Positions 38,125 to 50,306 of a DNA stretch of 64,000 nt are shown here, in pieces. The stretch's first letter is position 1. The number at the start of each line of letters is the position of its first letter. Below the pieces are notes generated by a model. It did no database searches. It had not been told where the DNA came from and was given only the letters and a program-made list of their open reading frames with translations. Position numbers and translations under genes: made by a program. This DNA comes from Squalus acanthias. Taxonomy: Eukaryota. The stretch lies in contig CM059433.1 in assembly GCA_030390025.1 (NCBI GenBank), positions 28,150,001-28,214,000 on the forward strand, given 5' to 3'.

Positions 38125-38580
38125 CACAGGTGACGTAGGCATTGTGAGCCAGGCGGGGGAGAGGCGGGGAAGCTTACGCTGTGCAGAAATAGTGGAGACG
38201 GCGGCGCAGGCGCAGTGACCAGGGGGAGGGGGGGGAGGAAGACGGACAGTTGATGGCGCGGATTCGCGCTCCGGTTTTAATGTGAATGTGACAAAGTCAC
38301 TCGCGGTGACTGGCGACCGCACGCTGCTCGTGGCTGCGGCTCGGAGCCTTGCTTTTTACTATGTTTGTTATTCATTCATTAATTAATGTGATTGTTAATT
38401 AACCATTCGGCAAACGCGTGCAAACCTTCGCTGCGGCCTAAATGCAATGCGTTTTTTGCTGACAACAGCGTGCAATCCGGCGGCGGTAGGAGCAGCAGCA
38501 GCAGCAGCAGCAGGAGGAGGAGGAGGAGGAGGAGCAGGAGCAGGAGCAGAGAGCACCGAGCCCCTCTTCGACTGTGAGCA
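38125..38580 (+). promoter_or_regulatory. ZNF451: CpG-rich ZNF451 promoter and probable non-coding first exon
   Basis: Dense CpG in a CpG-poor background, NRF1-type GCGCAGGCGCA at 38204-38214, TGACGT at 38131, candidate donor ACT|gtgagc at 38573/38574. Confidence 0.6.
38489..38548 (+). repeat. Compound trinucleotide repeat (GCA)7(GGA)7(GCAGGA)n
   Basis: Read directly. Lies in the probable ZNF451 5' UTR. Confidence 0.9.
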
Positions 38581-39084
38581 AGTTTGCAAGCCGGGAGGAG
38601 GTGAAGAAGGAAGTTTGTGTTGTGCTGGAGGTCGGTGAAGAGATTAAAGCTGAGCTGGGGAGGAAGGTGTGTTGGATCAGAAGAAGACAAGCTGTAGGGG
38701 GCGGGGAGGTTCAGTATTTTTACATCTACTTCAAAAAAAAAATTAGCAAGGTGTTTGATGTAATCGCCTTATGATTTTAAAACAATCATGCAGTTTATTT
38801 CTTAATAATGACTCTGATGGTGTATCTCTGTAATCTCCTATAGCCCTCTAAGAACTGTGCTGTCCTCCCACTCTGGCCCTTGGTGAATCCCCCACTTCCA
38901 TCGCCCCACCACAGGTGACTATGCTGTCAGCCGGCTAGAACTTAGGGGCAAAAAGGGTACAATTCTAAAGGGAGTGTATGAACAGAGACCTGGGGGTATA
39001 TGTGCACAAATTGTTGAAGGTGGCAGGGCAGGTTGAGAAAGTGGATAAAAAAGCATATGGGATCCTGGGCTTCATAAATAGAGG

Positions 39085-39301
39085 TCATGATGCGGAGATG
39101 CCGGTGTTGGACTGGGGTGGACAAAATTGAGAGGTCGCACAACACCAGGTTATAGTCCAACAGTTTTATTTGAAATCACAAGCTTTCGGAGCTATCGATC
39201 GCCCCTTCCTCAGGTGAAGAAGGGGCGATCGATAGCTCCGAAAGCTTGTGATTTCAAATAAAACTGTTGGACTATAACCTGGTGTTGTGCGACCTCTCAA
39301 T
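39085..39301 (-). mobile_element. Penelope-like family 2, perfect palindromic insertion
   Basis: 85-bp perfect inverted arms (39124-39208 / 39219-39303), perfect 14-bp TSD TTCATAAATAGAGG (39071-39084 / 39302-39315). Confidence 0.82.
39177..39216 (-). ncRNA. Hammerhead-like motif, family 2
   Basis: CAC-CUGAGGA-A-GGGGC-GAUCGAUA-GCUCC-GAAA-GC-UU-GUG. Confidence 0.62.
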
Positions 39302-41019
39302 TTCATAAATAGAGGCATAGAGTACAAAAGCAAGGATGTTATGAAGAACCTTTATAAAACACTGGTTTGGCCTCAACTGCAGTATTGTGTGTAATTCTCT
39401 ACACCGCATTTTAGGAAGGATGTGAAGGCCTTGGAGAGGATGCAGAAAAGATTTACAAGAATGGTTTCAGGGATGAGGGACTTCAGTTATATTGATAGAC
39501 TGGAGACGCTGGGGTTGTTCTCCTTGAAGCAGAGAAAGTTGAGAGGAGATTTTATAGAGGAATTTAAAATCATGAGGGGTCTAGACAGAGTAGCTAGAGA
39601 GAAACTGTTCCCATTGGCAGAAGAATCGCGAACCAGAGGACACAGATTTAAGGTGATTGGCAAGAACCAAAGGCGACATGAGGAAAAACATTTTTATGCA
39701 GTGAGTTAGTTAGGATCTGGAATTCACTGCCTGAAAGGGTGATGGAGGCAGATTCAATTGTGGCTTTCAAAAGGGAATTGGATAAGTACCTGAAAGAAAA
39801 AAATTTGTAGGGCTACAGGGAAAGGACGGGCAAGTAGGACTAGCTGAAGTGCTCTTGAAGAGAGCAGGCAAGGGCTCGACAGGCCGAATGGCCTCCTTCT
39901 GTGCTGTAACCATCTTATGATTCTATGATTGATGGAGTTGATAGGGTTGATGGAGAGAAACTGTTTCTTCTGCTGGGGAAGTCCAGGACAAGGGGGAATA
40001 ACCTTAAAATTAGAGCTAGGGTCCGGGGTGATGTCGGGGAGCACTTCTTCACACAAAATGTAGTGGAAATCTGGAACACTCTCCCCCAGAAAAGCTGTTG
40101 AGGCCGGGGTTCATTTGAAAAGTTCAAAACTGAGATTGATAGATTTTTGTTAGGCAAGGGTATTCAGGGTTACGGAACCAAGGCGGATCTAATTGAATGG
40201 CGGAAGAGGCTCGAGGGGCTGAATGGCCTACTGCTATGTTTCCTCCCTAAAACTCTGCAGCTCTACCTCTCTCTCTTCCTTTAAGACGCTCCTTAAAATG
40301 TACCTCTTTGACCAAGCTTTTGGTCACCTGTCCTAATCTCCTTTGCCTCGGTGTCATTTTGTTTATGATTACGCTCCTGTGACGTGCCTTGGGATGCTTT
40401 ACTACGTTAAAGGTACTATATAAATGCAAGTTGTCATTACAAAGAGTTGAAGGAAGGCATCAGGTAGCAAATCCAGAATAGGGCACAGAGAGGAGATTGT
40501 AAACCCAGGCCGTCACTTCCTTGGTTGTATCTGTGAATTCAGGTTGCTTGGGGCCTGTGTGTGGTTGTTGTCTTTCAAAGTCTGGGCAGTCCTTTTAGAA
40601 CATCTTGAAGTTTTAACCGTCTAAATGTGTTTTGGTGTTTTAAACAGTGTGATTTTGTGTAATTTTTTTCAGAACGTATTAAATGTTTAGTACAAACCTA
40701 CAGTAACAATGGTTTTTTTGGGGGGAAAGAAACAATTCAGGATTGTTTATAACAGGAATTGCTAGTTGATAAAAGATCAAGCTCCATCTAGCTCCCCTTC
40801 TACCATCCTGGTAGTTACATGAAAAATGGAGTTGTTGTTTCATCATAGCAATCAATCTCTATCAATACAACAGACCCAGGCACGAGATGAGCAAAACCCC
40901 AGTGGTGGAGAGCTTTGGGAACCATAGGTCCAAAGTCATCTGTTCCTCCCAAACATGCTACATTTACCAGTTAAAAGCAGTTGGAAAAATCTGTATTATC
41001 AGTAAAAGGTTATTGGTTC

Positions 41020-41397
41020 AATAGCAAAATACTGCGGATGCTGGAAATCCAAAATAACAACAGAAAACGCTGGAAAAACTCAGCAGGCCAGGCAGCATCC
41101 GTGGAGAGAGAAACAGAGTTAACGTTTCAGGTCGAAGACCTTTCCTCAGAACTGGGAAAAAGCAGGAAATGGAACAGATTTTAAAGCAAGATTAGGGGCT
41201 GGGAAATGGGGATGGGGATGAAAGAACAAAGGGGAGGTCAGTGATAGGATGGAAGGCAGGAGAAGTAAAGAGGCATTAAGAGATATTCAAGGCAAGAGGA
41301 GATGGTAATGGGACAGGTTAAGGAACAAAGGATGGCTCTAGATTAAGTGTGAATTGCGCTGGCAGAATGAAGGACAGCTGCCATGTGGGAGGGAAGA
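41020..41397 (-). mobile_element. Penelope-like family 1 single copy with hammerhead-like motif at 41117-41153
   Basis: Near-identical to the 35455-35872 arms. Core reads CUGAGGA-A-AGGUC-UUC-GACCU-GAAACGUU. Confidence 0.75.
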
Positions 41398-41619
41398 ATT
41401 AGAATTGGTTGATCTGATGATAAGCCAGAACCAGCATCCTGATCAAACACCTTCCTCTTCCTGTCATCTGATGCAGAGCAACATTGCAAATTCTGGCAGT
41501 CAGTCTTCATGTTAACAGAAAATACAAGCCCCGATGGCTGAATGTGAATGAAAAGCCTACTTTAGAGAGGGGAGACAAGAACTTGCATTTGTATAGTGCT
41601 GCGTCACATCCCTCCGAAT

Positions 41620-42958
41620 TACATAGAACGTACAGCATAGAAAAAGGCCATTCGGCCCAACTGGTCTATGCCGGTCTTTATGCTCAACACCTCCTCCCAC
41701 CGCTCTTCATCTAACCCTATCAGCATATCCTTCTATCCTTTTCTTCCTCGTGTTTAGCTTCCCCTTAAATGCAGCTATGATATTTGCTACTCCGTGTGGT
41801 AGCGAGTTCCATATTCTAACCACTCTCTGGGTAAAGAAGTTTCTCCTGAATTCCCTATTGGAATTATTAGTGACTATCTTATATTTATGGGCCCTAGTTT
41901 TGGTCTCCCCTACAAGTGGGAACATTTTCTCTCCCTCTACCCTATCAAACCCTTTTGTTAGCTTAAAGACCTGTATCAGGTCGCTCCTCAGTCTTCTCTT
42001 TGCCAGAGAAAAGAGCCCCAGCGTGTTCAATGTTTTCCGATAGGACAACCCTCTTATCCCAGGGATAAAAACCTATGAGGAGAGATTGAGTAGATTGGGC
42101 CTATACTTTTTGGAGTTTAGAAGAGTGAGAGGTGAGCTCATTGAAACATATAAGATTCTGAGGGGGATTAACAGTGTAGATGCTGAGAGGTTGTTTCCCC
42201 TGGCTGGAGAGTCTAGAACTAGGGGGGCATAGTTTCAGGATAAGGGGTCAGCCATTTAAGACTGAGATGAGGAGGAATTTCTTCACTTGAGAGTTGTGAA
42301 TCTTTGGAATTCTCTACCCAAAAGGGCTGTGAATGCTGAATCATTCAAGGCTGAGATAGATAGGTTTTTGACACTAGGGAATCAAGGGATATGGGGATCA
42401 GGCGGGAAAATGGAGTTGAGGTGAAGATCAGCCATGATCTTACTGAATGGCGGAGCAGGCTCGAGTGGCTGCATGGCCTATTGCAGCTTCTAATTCTTGT
42501 TATGTTTAATACTAATGGAGACAGGGTAGCATTTCACACAAGACAAGAGATTAGTTTTCTTGGGAAAGTGCAAACTCTTTGTGCTGAATTCCTATGTTAT
42601 GTTTCACAGTTCAATTTTTAATATTTATATTTACATAGAATATTACAGCACAGAAACAGGCCATTCGGCACAACTGGTTCATGCTGTAATATGGTGTTTA
42701 TGCTCCACATGAGCCTTCTCCCACCCCTCTTCATCTCACCCTATCTGTATGTCCTTCGATTCCTTTCTCCCTCATGTGTTTATCTAGCTTCCTCTTAAAT
42801 GCATCTATGCTATTTGCCTCAACTACTCCTTGTGGTAGCGAGTTCCACATTCTAACCATTCTCTGGGTAAAGAACTTTTTCCTGAGTTCCTTATTGGATT
42901 TATTAGTGAGAAGTCGCACAACACCAGGTTATAGTCCAACAGTTTTATTTAAAATTAC

Positions 42959-42994
<36 letters not shown>

Positions 42995-43480
42995 ATTGGC
43001 GTGGACAAACGATACATACCTCCGCAGTGTTGTGGGTGGTATTCTTCCTCTCACGACTCTGTTTTATCATAATGATAGATGTCCTTGGAGCAGGGAAGGT
43101 TAAGGAGAAATTCAATAGAGGTGTTTAAAATTATGAGCGGTTTTGATACAGTAGATGGGGAGCAACTGTTTATGCTGGCAGGAGGGTCGGTAACCAGACG
43201 ACTCAGATTTAAGGTAATTGCCAAAAGAACCAGAGGCGACATGAGGAAAAAAATTGACGCGTAGAGTTCTAGTTCTTATGATCTGGAATGCACTGCCTGA
43301 AAGGTTGGTGGAAGCACATTCAATCGTAACTTTCAAAAGGGAATTGGATATATATTTGAAAAGAAAACATTTTCAGGTCTATGGGGAAAGAGCAGGGGAG
43401 TGGGACTAATTGGAGAGCTCTTTCAGAGAGCTGGCACAGGCATGATGGGCCGAATGGCCGCCTCCTGTGTTGTATCAATC
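41620..43480. mobile_element. Cluster of CR1 3' ends in both orientations, with a Penelope-like remnant (42909-42960) and (GT)n
   Basis: Repeated FFTQRVVRxWNSLP motifs. 42909-42960 matches 39129-39182. Confidence 0.75.
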
Positions 43481-44580
43481 TACGATCCTATGGGAGTGAT
43501 TGTACGGCAGCAATCTTTATTTCAGATGATTGTGCAGTCAGCAGAATAATTTCATCATTTTATTACTTTGTCATCCCTCCCTGTGACCCACTATTCTCTA
43601 TGTAACATATCTGAGGGCGGCAGAAGACTGAAGATGTGGTCCTGTGATGAGTACAAACCCCTCAAGGCTATTATAGCCTCCCACTCATCCGCTGTCTCTG
43701 CAAAATGTAAATGGTGACCAGAACAATGTGATAAAGTTGCAGAATTCAGAATATAAAGAACTTGTATTTATATTGTGCCTTTCACGACCTCTGGATGCCC
43801 CAAAGCGCTTTACAGCCAATTAAGTAGTTTTGAAGTGTTGTCACTTTTGTAATGTAGGAAACGTGGCAGCCAATTTGCACACAGCAAGCTTCTACAAACA
43901 GCAGTGAAATAAATGACCAGATAATCTGTTTTTAGTGATGTAGGTTGAGGGATAAATCTTGGCCAAGACACCGGGGAGAACTCATGGGATCTTTTTCGTC
44001 CATCTCCCCTAAAAAGCTGTTGCGGCTTTCAAAAGTGAGATCGATAATTTTTTGTTATGCAAGGGTATTGAGGGTTATGGAACCAAGGCGGGTAGATGGA
44101 ATTAAGATACAGATCAGCCATGGTCTAACTGAATGGTGGAACAGGCTCGAGGGGCTGCATGGCCTACTCCTGTTCCTATGAGAACCCTGGGAAAGGATCA
44201 AAGTCCATAGTACATGACGTCACCAAAGTCTACCAAGCTTGAGTTTTAAAAGCCTGTGGGCTGTTTGAGGGAGGGAAAGCTGAAGGAGGTAACGCGTCCC
44301 ACAGTGTAGAGGTCCTGGGGTGGAGGGGCGACTATACGAGTATCGAAAGCTGGTTCAGGGAACGGTTTGGCAAACTTGTACAAATGGTAATGTTGCTGAC
44401 TCTCAGGTGCAGTTTTCAAATGGTTATTTCACTTCTTAGCTTGCTTTAGAAATGGTGGCTCGTGGATAGAAGGCACGTTTTTAGACAAATCTGCAAGATA
44501 GTTCTTTGTCTATTTTCAAAGGTATCAGAAAACAAGTTCCATTTTGTGTTTTTTTTCCATGTAGAACCCCATTTTCTATC

Positions 44581-44649
44581 ATGTCGTCCAGTGACGGGTT
44601 GATGTCAGCAGAGAAACGTGAAAGTGAAGAGGAAGTGATATTTGTGAGT
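44581..44649 (+). CDS. ZNF451: ZNF451 (SUMO2/3 E3 ligase) first visible coding exon, containing SIM1
   Basis: Acceptor ttttttccatgtag|44565, ATG at 44581. Encodes MSSSDGLMSAEKRESEEEVIFVS|gtacgt, compare human ...ENEDDIQFVS. An alternative donor gtgagt lies at 44644. Confidence 0.85.
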
Positions 44650-45969
44650 GTACGTATTCTAATACTGTACATTTTTTCTGAATGATTGGTACTTTTTTCC
44701 CCCTCTCTCTTGACCACAGGATACACTTTGGGAGACCTACCTGGAGTGGAGGTGGGCATCTCTTCCCTGTATTTTCCTGTGATTTGCTACTCTAGTACCA
44801 GGTCATCGGGTTCAGCCAAGTGGGGGGGGTGTGGGCGGGGGGCGGGCACAGCACCACTTGGGCTCACAGTCACCAGAAGTGACCTTATCTGGTGCGAAGG
44901 ATCAATTTCCTGGTTATTCTCTGAACCGCCACCTGGGAGCTGAACGTCCACTTCATGTCTCAGTGACCAAAACCGGACACAGTGCTGAAAGTGCGGTCTG
45001 ACCAGAGACCTGTACTCTACTATGTTGGCTGTACAGCACGGAGAAAACTGTGTCTCCCTGAGTTGGTTGGCTGACTTGTTTGTTGAATTTTTGGTTGATT
45101 TTGTTGCACTTGTTGAGCATTTTTGTAATGGTGTTTTATACTTAATTTTGCCTCTTATTCTCCCTTCTCCCCCACCCCTCCCTGTTTCTCACCAGTTAAC
45201 AGACCCCCTGCTGATGTGATGGGTATTCTTTTGGAACTCTTCTTGCCCACAAGGTGGGGTTCCAGAAGAATGATCAGAGGGAGGTCTGCCTTTACATGAG
45301 GCAGGTTGTGTAGACCCCACCTAGGTGTGTTCAGTGACATTGCCAGAGCTCCTTTGGGCATGTCAGAAGATGTGCTGTTGGCACCAGTGCTTGATCAAGG
45401 ATGCCTTTCTTCAGGCCTGTGCCTTTGGAGTGCTATCCTGTTATGCCAGCAGCCAACCCATTTTGAGAGGTTGGAAGCCTGCCCATTGACAGGAATGTCT
45501 CGCCTGCACGGTAACCTGACTCATCAGTCAGCGACTACATCATGCAGGTAGGTCATTTCAAAAAGACTTGAGGTATTGGGGCCCTCGGAAGATGCAAGTG
45601 TAGCAAAGTTTTCATTCTACCTTGCATCTTGAAAGGGTGCCCTCCGGATGTATGGGTATGCATGAAATGCAAAGGGGGAATTATAAGTTTGTGTGAGGGC
45701 TTGGCATGGGTGAAGTGTGCAAGTACACTTGGTGGCATGCAGTCTTTGGGCCAACACGAGATTTACAGTACTATTGGGCAGTCTTTACTTGTGCCAATGT
45801 GCTCGCTTATTTCACAGCTCTTTTGTCTGAAGGGTTCTTTGTAGCCATGCAATGCCTTCTGCACTGGATTTGGTTTGGTGTTTATGATGCATTAATTGTG
45901 AAGGTGAGTGCAACTGATTTGTGTTGAAACGTGTCTGTGGAGTGATTACCCTTTCTTTTGTGATAAAAG

Positions 45970-46053
45970 GAGCAGCCATTAAGGCCTGTGTTGGAATGTA
46001 TCGATCTATCGAGTGATGAAGACAGCGAAGGGAACATTGTACGGCACAACAGG
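45970..46053 (+). CDS. ZNF451: ZNF451 exon with PLRP motif and SIM2
   Basis: aag|GAG...AGG|gtgagt, 84 bp, phase 0. Encodes EQPLRPVLECIDLSSDEDSEGNIVRHNR, compare human EGPLRPVLEYIDLVSSDDEE. Confidence 0.93.
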
Positions 46054-47064
46054 GTGAGTACTTGATCGTACTGATCATTATGAAGGGGATAGACGGGGGC
46101 AGACCTAGAGAAGATGTTTTTGCTTGTGGGGGAGACCAAAACTAGAGGTCATAAATATAAGATAGTCACTGATCAATCCAATAGGGAACTTAGGAGAAAC
46201 TTCTTTAACCAGAGAGTGATTAGAATTTGGAACTTGCTACCACAAGGAGTAGTTGAGGCAAATAGCCTAGATGTATTTAAGGGGAAGCTAGATAAGTGCA
46301 TGAGGGAGGAAGGAATAGAAGGATATGCTGATAGGGTGGGAGGAGGCTTGTGTGGAGCATAAACACCGACATGGACCAGTTGGGCCGACTGGCCTGTTTC
46401 TGTGCTGTAAATTCTATAATCAGCACTCTGCTTATGTCATAGTCTGTTGTGTTCCACTGGGGAGTACTGAGGAGAGGTGGACATAATAGACCTCGTGGCA
46501 TTATTTCAATGGAGAGCAGGCGCGTTCTCCCTAATGTCCTGACCAACATTTATCCCATACGCAACAGCATAAAATAGAGACCAACTTGTCATTATCTCTG
46601 CTGTTAGTGGGACCTTGCTTTGCACAAATTGGTTGCCATATATGAGTACACTTCAAAAAAAAAATTCATTGGCTGACAACTGTTTAGGGACATCTTGAGG
46701 ATGTGAAAATTAGTGTATGAATGCAAGTTAATGTGCAACTTGATTTAGTTTGCCTGTTAAATGCTGGCAAATATCCTTTTTATTTAGTTGATTTTCATGG
46801 AACCATACAGCACAGAAGGAGGCCATTCAGCCCAACGTGCCTGTGCTGGCTCTGCCCAATTAGTCCCAGTCCCCTGCTCTTTCCCCATAGCCCTGCTAAT
46901 TTATCCTTTTCAAGTACATATCCACTACTATTGAATCTGCTTCAACCGCATTTTCAGGCAGTGCACTGCAGAGCATTATAACTTGCTGCGTAAAAAAAAA
47001 TTCACCTCATCTCCCCTCTGGTTCTTTTTCCAATTATCTTAAATCTGCGTCCTAGAAAGACTCT

Positions 47065-49118
47065 TAGAGAAGGATGAACCATCCGTGGCTAACTAAGGAA
47101 GTAAAGGATGGTATCAAATTGAAAACAAAAGCATATAATGTTGTGAAGAATAGTGAAAGGCCAGAGGATTGGGACATTTTTAAAAAGCAGCAAAGGACGA
47201 CTAAAAAAAGATAGAGAGAGAGAGAAGATAGCTTATGAGAGTAAGCTTGCAAGAAATATAAAAACAGAAAGTAAGAGTTTCTACAAGTATATAAAAAGGA
47301 AGAGAGTAGCTGAAGTAAACGTTGGTCCCCTAGAGGATAAGTCTGGGGAATGAATTAATGGGAAACGGAAATGGCGGAGACCTTGAACAAATATTTTGTA
47401 TCGGTCTTCACGGTAGAAGACACTAAAAGCATCCCAATAATGGATAATCAAGGGGCTATTTGGGTGGGGTGTGGTGGGGGGGGGACTTTAAACAATCACT
47501 ATCACTAGAGAGAAAGTACTAGGCAAACTAATGGGACTAAAGGTGGACAAGTCCCCTGGACCCGATGGCGTGCAAACTAGAGTTTTAAGAGGTGGCTGCA
47601 GAGATAGTGGATGCATTGGTTGTAATTACCAAAATTCCCTGGATTCTGGAGAGGCCCCAGCGGACTGGAAAATCGCAAATGTAACACCCCTATTTAAGAA
47701 AGGAGGGAGACAGAAAGCAGGCAACTATTGACCAGTTAGCCTAACATCTGTCATTAGGAAAATGCGGGAGTCCATCATTAAGGAAGTGATAGCAGGACAT
47801 TTAGAAAATCATAATATAGTCAAGCAGAGTCAGCATAGTTTTATGAAAGGGAAATCATGTTTGACAAATTTGCTGGAGTTCTTTGAGGATGTAACGAGCA
47901 GGGTGGATAAAGGGGAACCAGTAGATGTTGTGTATTTGGATTTCCAGAAGGCATTCGATAAGGTGCCACATAAAAGGTTACTACACAAGATAAGAGCTCA
48001 CGGGGTTGGGGGTAATATATTAGCAAGGATTGGCTAACTAACAGAAAACAGAGAGTCGGGATAAATGGGTCATTTTCAGGTTGGCAAACTAACTAGTGGG
48101 GTGCTGCAGGGATCGGTGCTGGGGCCTCAACTATTTACAATCTATATTAATGACTTTGATGAATAGACTGAATGTAATGTAGCCAAATTTGCTGATGATA
48201 CAAAGATAGGTGGGAAAGCAAATTGTGTGGAGGACGCAAAGAATCTCCAAAGGGATATAGATAGGCTAAGTGAGTGGGCAAAAATCTGGCAGATGGAGTT
48301 TAATGTGGGAAAATGCAAGATTATCCACTTCGGTAGGAAAAATAAAAAAGCGAATTATTATTTAAATGGGGAGAGATTACAAAATGCTGAGGGATCTGGG
48401 GGTCCTTGTACATGAATCACAAAGTTAGCATGCAGGTACAGCAAGTAATTAGCAAGGCAAATGGAGTGTTGGCCTTTATTGCAAAGGGAATGAAGTATAA
48501 AAGTAAGGAAGTTCTGTTGCAACTGTACAGGGCGTTGGTGAGACCACACCTGGAGTACTACGTACAGTTTTGGTCTCCTTATTTAAGGAAGGATATCCTT
48601 GCATTGGAGGCAGTTCCGAGAAGGTTCACGAGGTTGATTCCGGAGATGAAGGGGTTATCTTCTGAAGAAAGGTTGAGCAGGTTGGGCCTATACTCATTAG
48701 AGTTTAGAAGAATGAGAGGGGATCTTATTGAAACATATAGGATTCTGAAGGGGCTTGACCGGGTAGATACAGAGAGGCTGTTTCCCCTCGTGGGGGAATC
48801 TAGAACTAAGGGGCATAATTTCAGAATAAGGGGGCACCCTTTTAAATCAGAAATGGGGAGGAATTTCTTCTCTGAGGGTCGTGAATCTTTGGAATTCTCT
48901 TCCCCAGAGAGCTGTGGAGGCTGGGTCATTGAATATATTTAAGATGGAGGTAGACAGATTTTTGAACGATAAGGGAGTTGAGGGTTATGGGCAGCGGGCA
49001 GGGAAGTGGAGTTGAGGCCAAGATCAGATCAGCCATGATCTTATTGAATGGCGGAGCAGGCTCGAGGGGCCAAATGACCTACTCCTGCTCCTGCGTCTTA
49101 TATTTTTATGTTCTTATG
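47065..49118 (+). mobile_element. CR1 LINE, 5'-truncated and frameshifted
   Basis: KSPGPDG, YLDFQKAFDKVPH, KFADD and RPHLEY fragments, CR1 3' UTR. Confidence 0.92.
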
Positions 49119-49609
49119 TCCTCTGGTTACCGACCCTCCTGCCACTGGAAACTGTTTCTCCTTATTTACTCTTTCAAAAACTTTCATGATTTTGATCACC
49201 TCTATCAAATCTCCTCTGCTCTAAGGAGAACAATCCCAGCTTCTCAAGTCTCTCCACATAACTGAAGTCCTTGATCCCTGGTACCATTTCTAGTAAATCT
49301 CCCCTGCACCCTATGTGTCCCAGTAGAAAAGTTGTCCTAGTTTGTGCTTGTGCGAGACGGGCATACTGGGCCAAACAAAAAGAAAAATCAAATAGCTCAT
49401 AACCAAACTTTTGTGTCTGGATCGCCAACTCGACTTGCCCCCACCCCCTCAGCACCACTCCTACCATTTCTCCATCCTTGGAAAATCAGCTGATCTGCCA
49501 TCCCCCAAGATAAGTGAGGCTTAAAATCCTCCCAGGTCACATGTGTATATGAACTTCTGTTCAATTAGTGAAGCCCATGGGATTAAAAGGGCAACGACAG
49601 TGTGGATAC

Positions 49610-50057
49610 CATTCACGAAGACTTGGAAAAACCAACCACAAAAGCGCTTAAAATCACGCCAGCCGTTCTGGGAAACAGCAGCCAATATTCATGCGGCTGG
49701 TATCGACCCAATATCTCGATATCTAGAATCGTGGAATGCGTGCAACATAAAGAACCAGCATCTCGTCACTCACCCAACAGCAGAGGTGCCTGGCTTCGAC
49801 CTCCCTCGCAGACAGTGAACAGCGCTCAACCCAATCCGCACAGGGCGTGGACGTTGCGGCCACCTGCTCCACAAGTGGAAGATGAGGGACGACCCGAAGT
49901 GCGACTGTGGCCATGAATTCCAGACCATGGAACACATCACATCAACCTGCCCACTGAGATCTGTTGTGGGAGGCACCTCATTTCTCCACTCGGCATCTCA
50001 GGAGGCCATCGAATGGGTAGACAAACTAGACAGCTTTTCCCGTCATTTGAAAGTAGT
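49610..50057 (+). mobile_element. Vingi/Ingi-like non-LTR retrotransposon 3' fragment
   Basis: RLKSR...PGFDLPRRQ*TALNPIRTGRGRCGHLLHKW...CDCGHEFQTMEHITSTCP zinc knuckle, (AGT)n tail, 11-bp TSD AGTGTGGATAC (49599-49609, 50058-50068). Confidence 0.7.
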
Positions 50058-50306
50058 AGTGTGGATACAAAATTGGCTGAGGGGGGTTGTAACATTCCAC
50101 TATGTGAAAGGTGCTACATAAATGCAAGTTGTTGTTGTAGAAATTCTCTTTACCATTTGATTTTTCCAATGAGGAAAAAAGCCCTGAGCTATGTACCAGA
50201 TTTCGGACACGAGTCGAGCTGTCCTGGTGATCTGGTGAGGTTTCATTTGCAATAGAGATATGGTTCAGTAGTTTTGGGGGTATTGATCATAAAGATCTCT
50301 GAAATT

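Larger units (their letters stand above)
38945..40240 (+). mobile_element. Two tandem CR1 3' fragments, the first interrupted by a Penelope-like palindrome
   Basis: ERMQKRFTRMV and ESRTRGHRFK-type C-terminal motifs, TTCTATGA tail at about 39915-39930. Confidence 0.8.

Noticed and set aside
38379..38690. Poly-Leu, poly-Ala/Gly and poly-Ser/Arg ORFs
   Set aside because: These are translations of the triplet repeat in several frames, with no recognisable homology.
39212..39250. Plus-strand hammerhead in the family 2 palindrome
   Set aside because: Reads GUGAAGA rather than CUGANGA and lacks the 5' strand of stem I. It is truncated at the inversion point.
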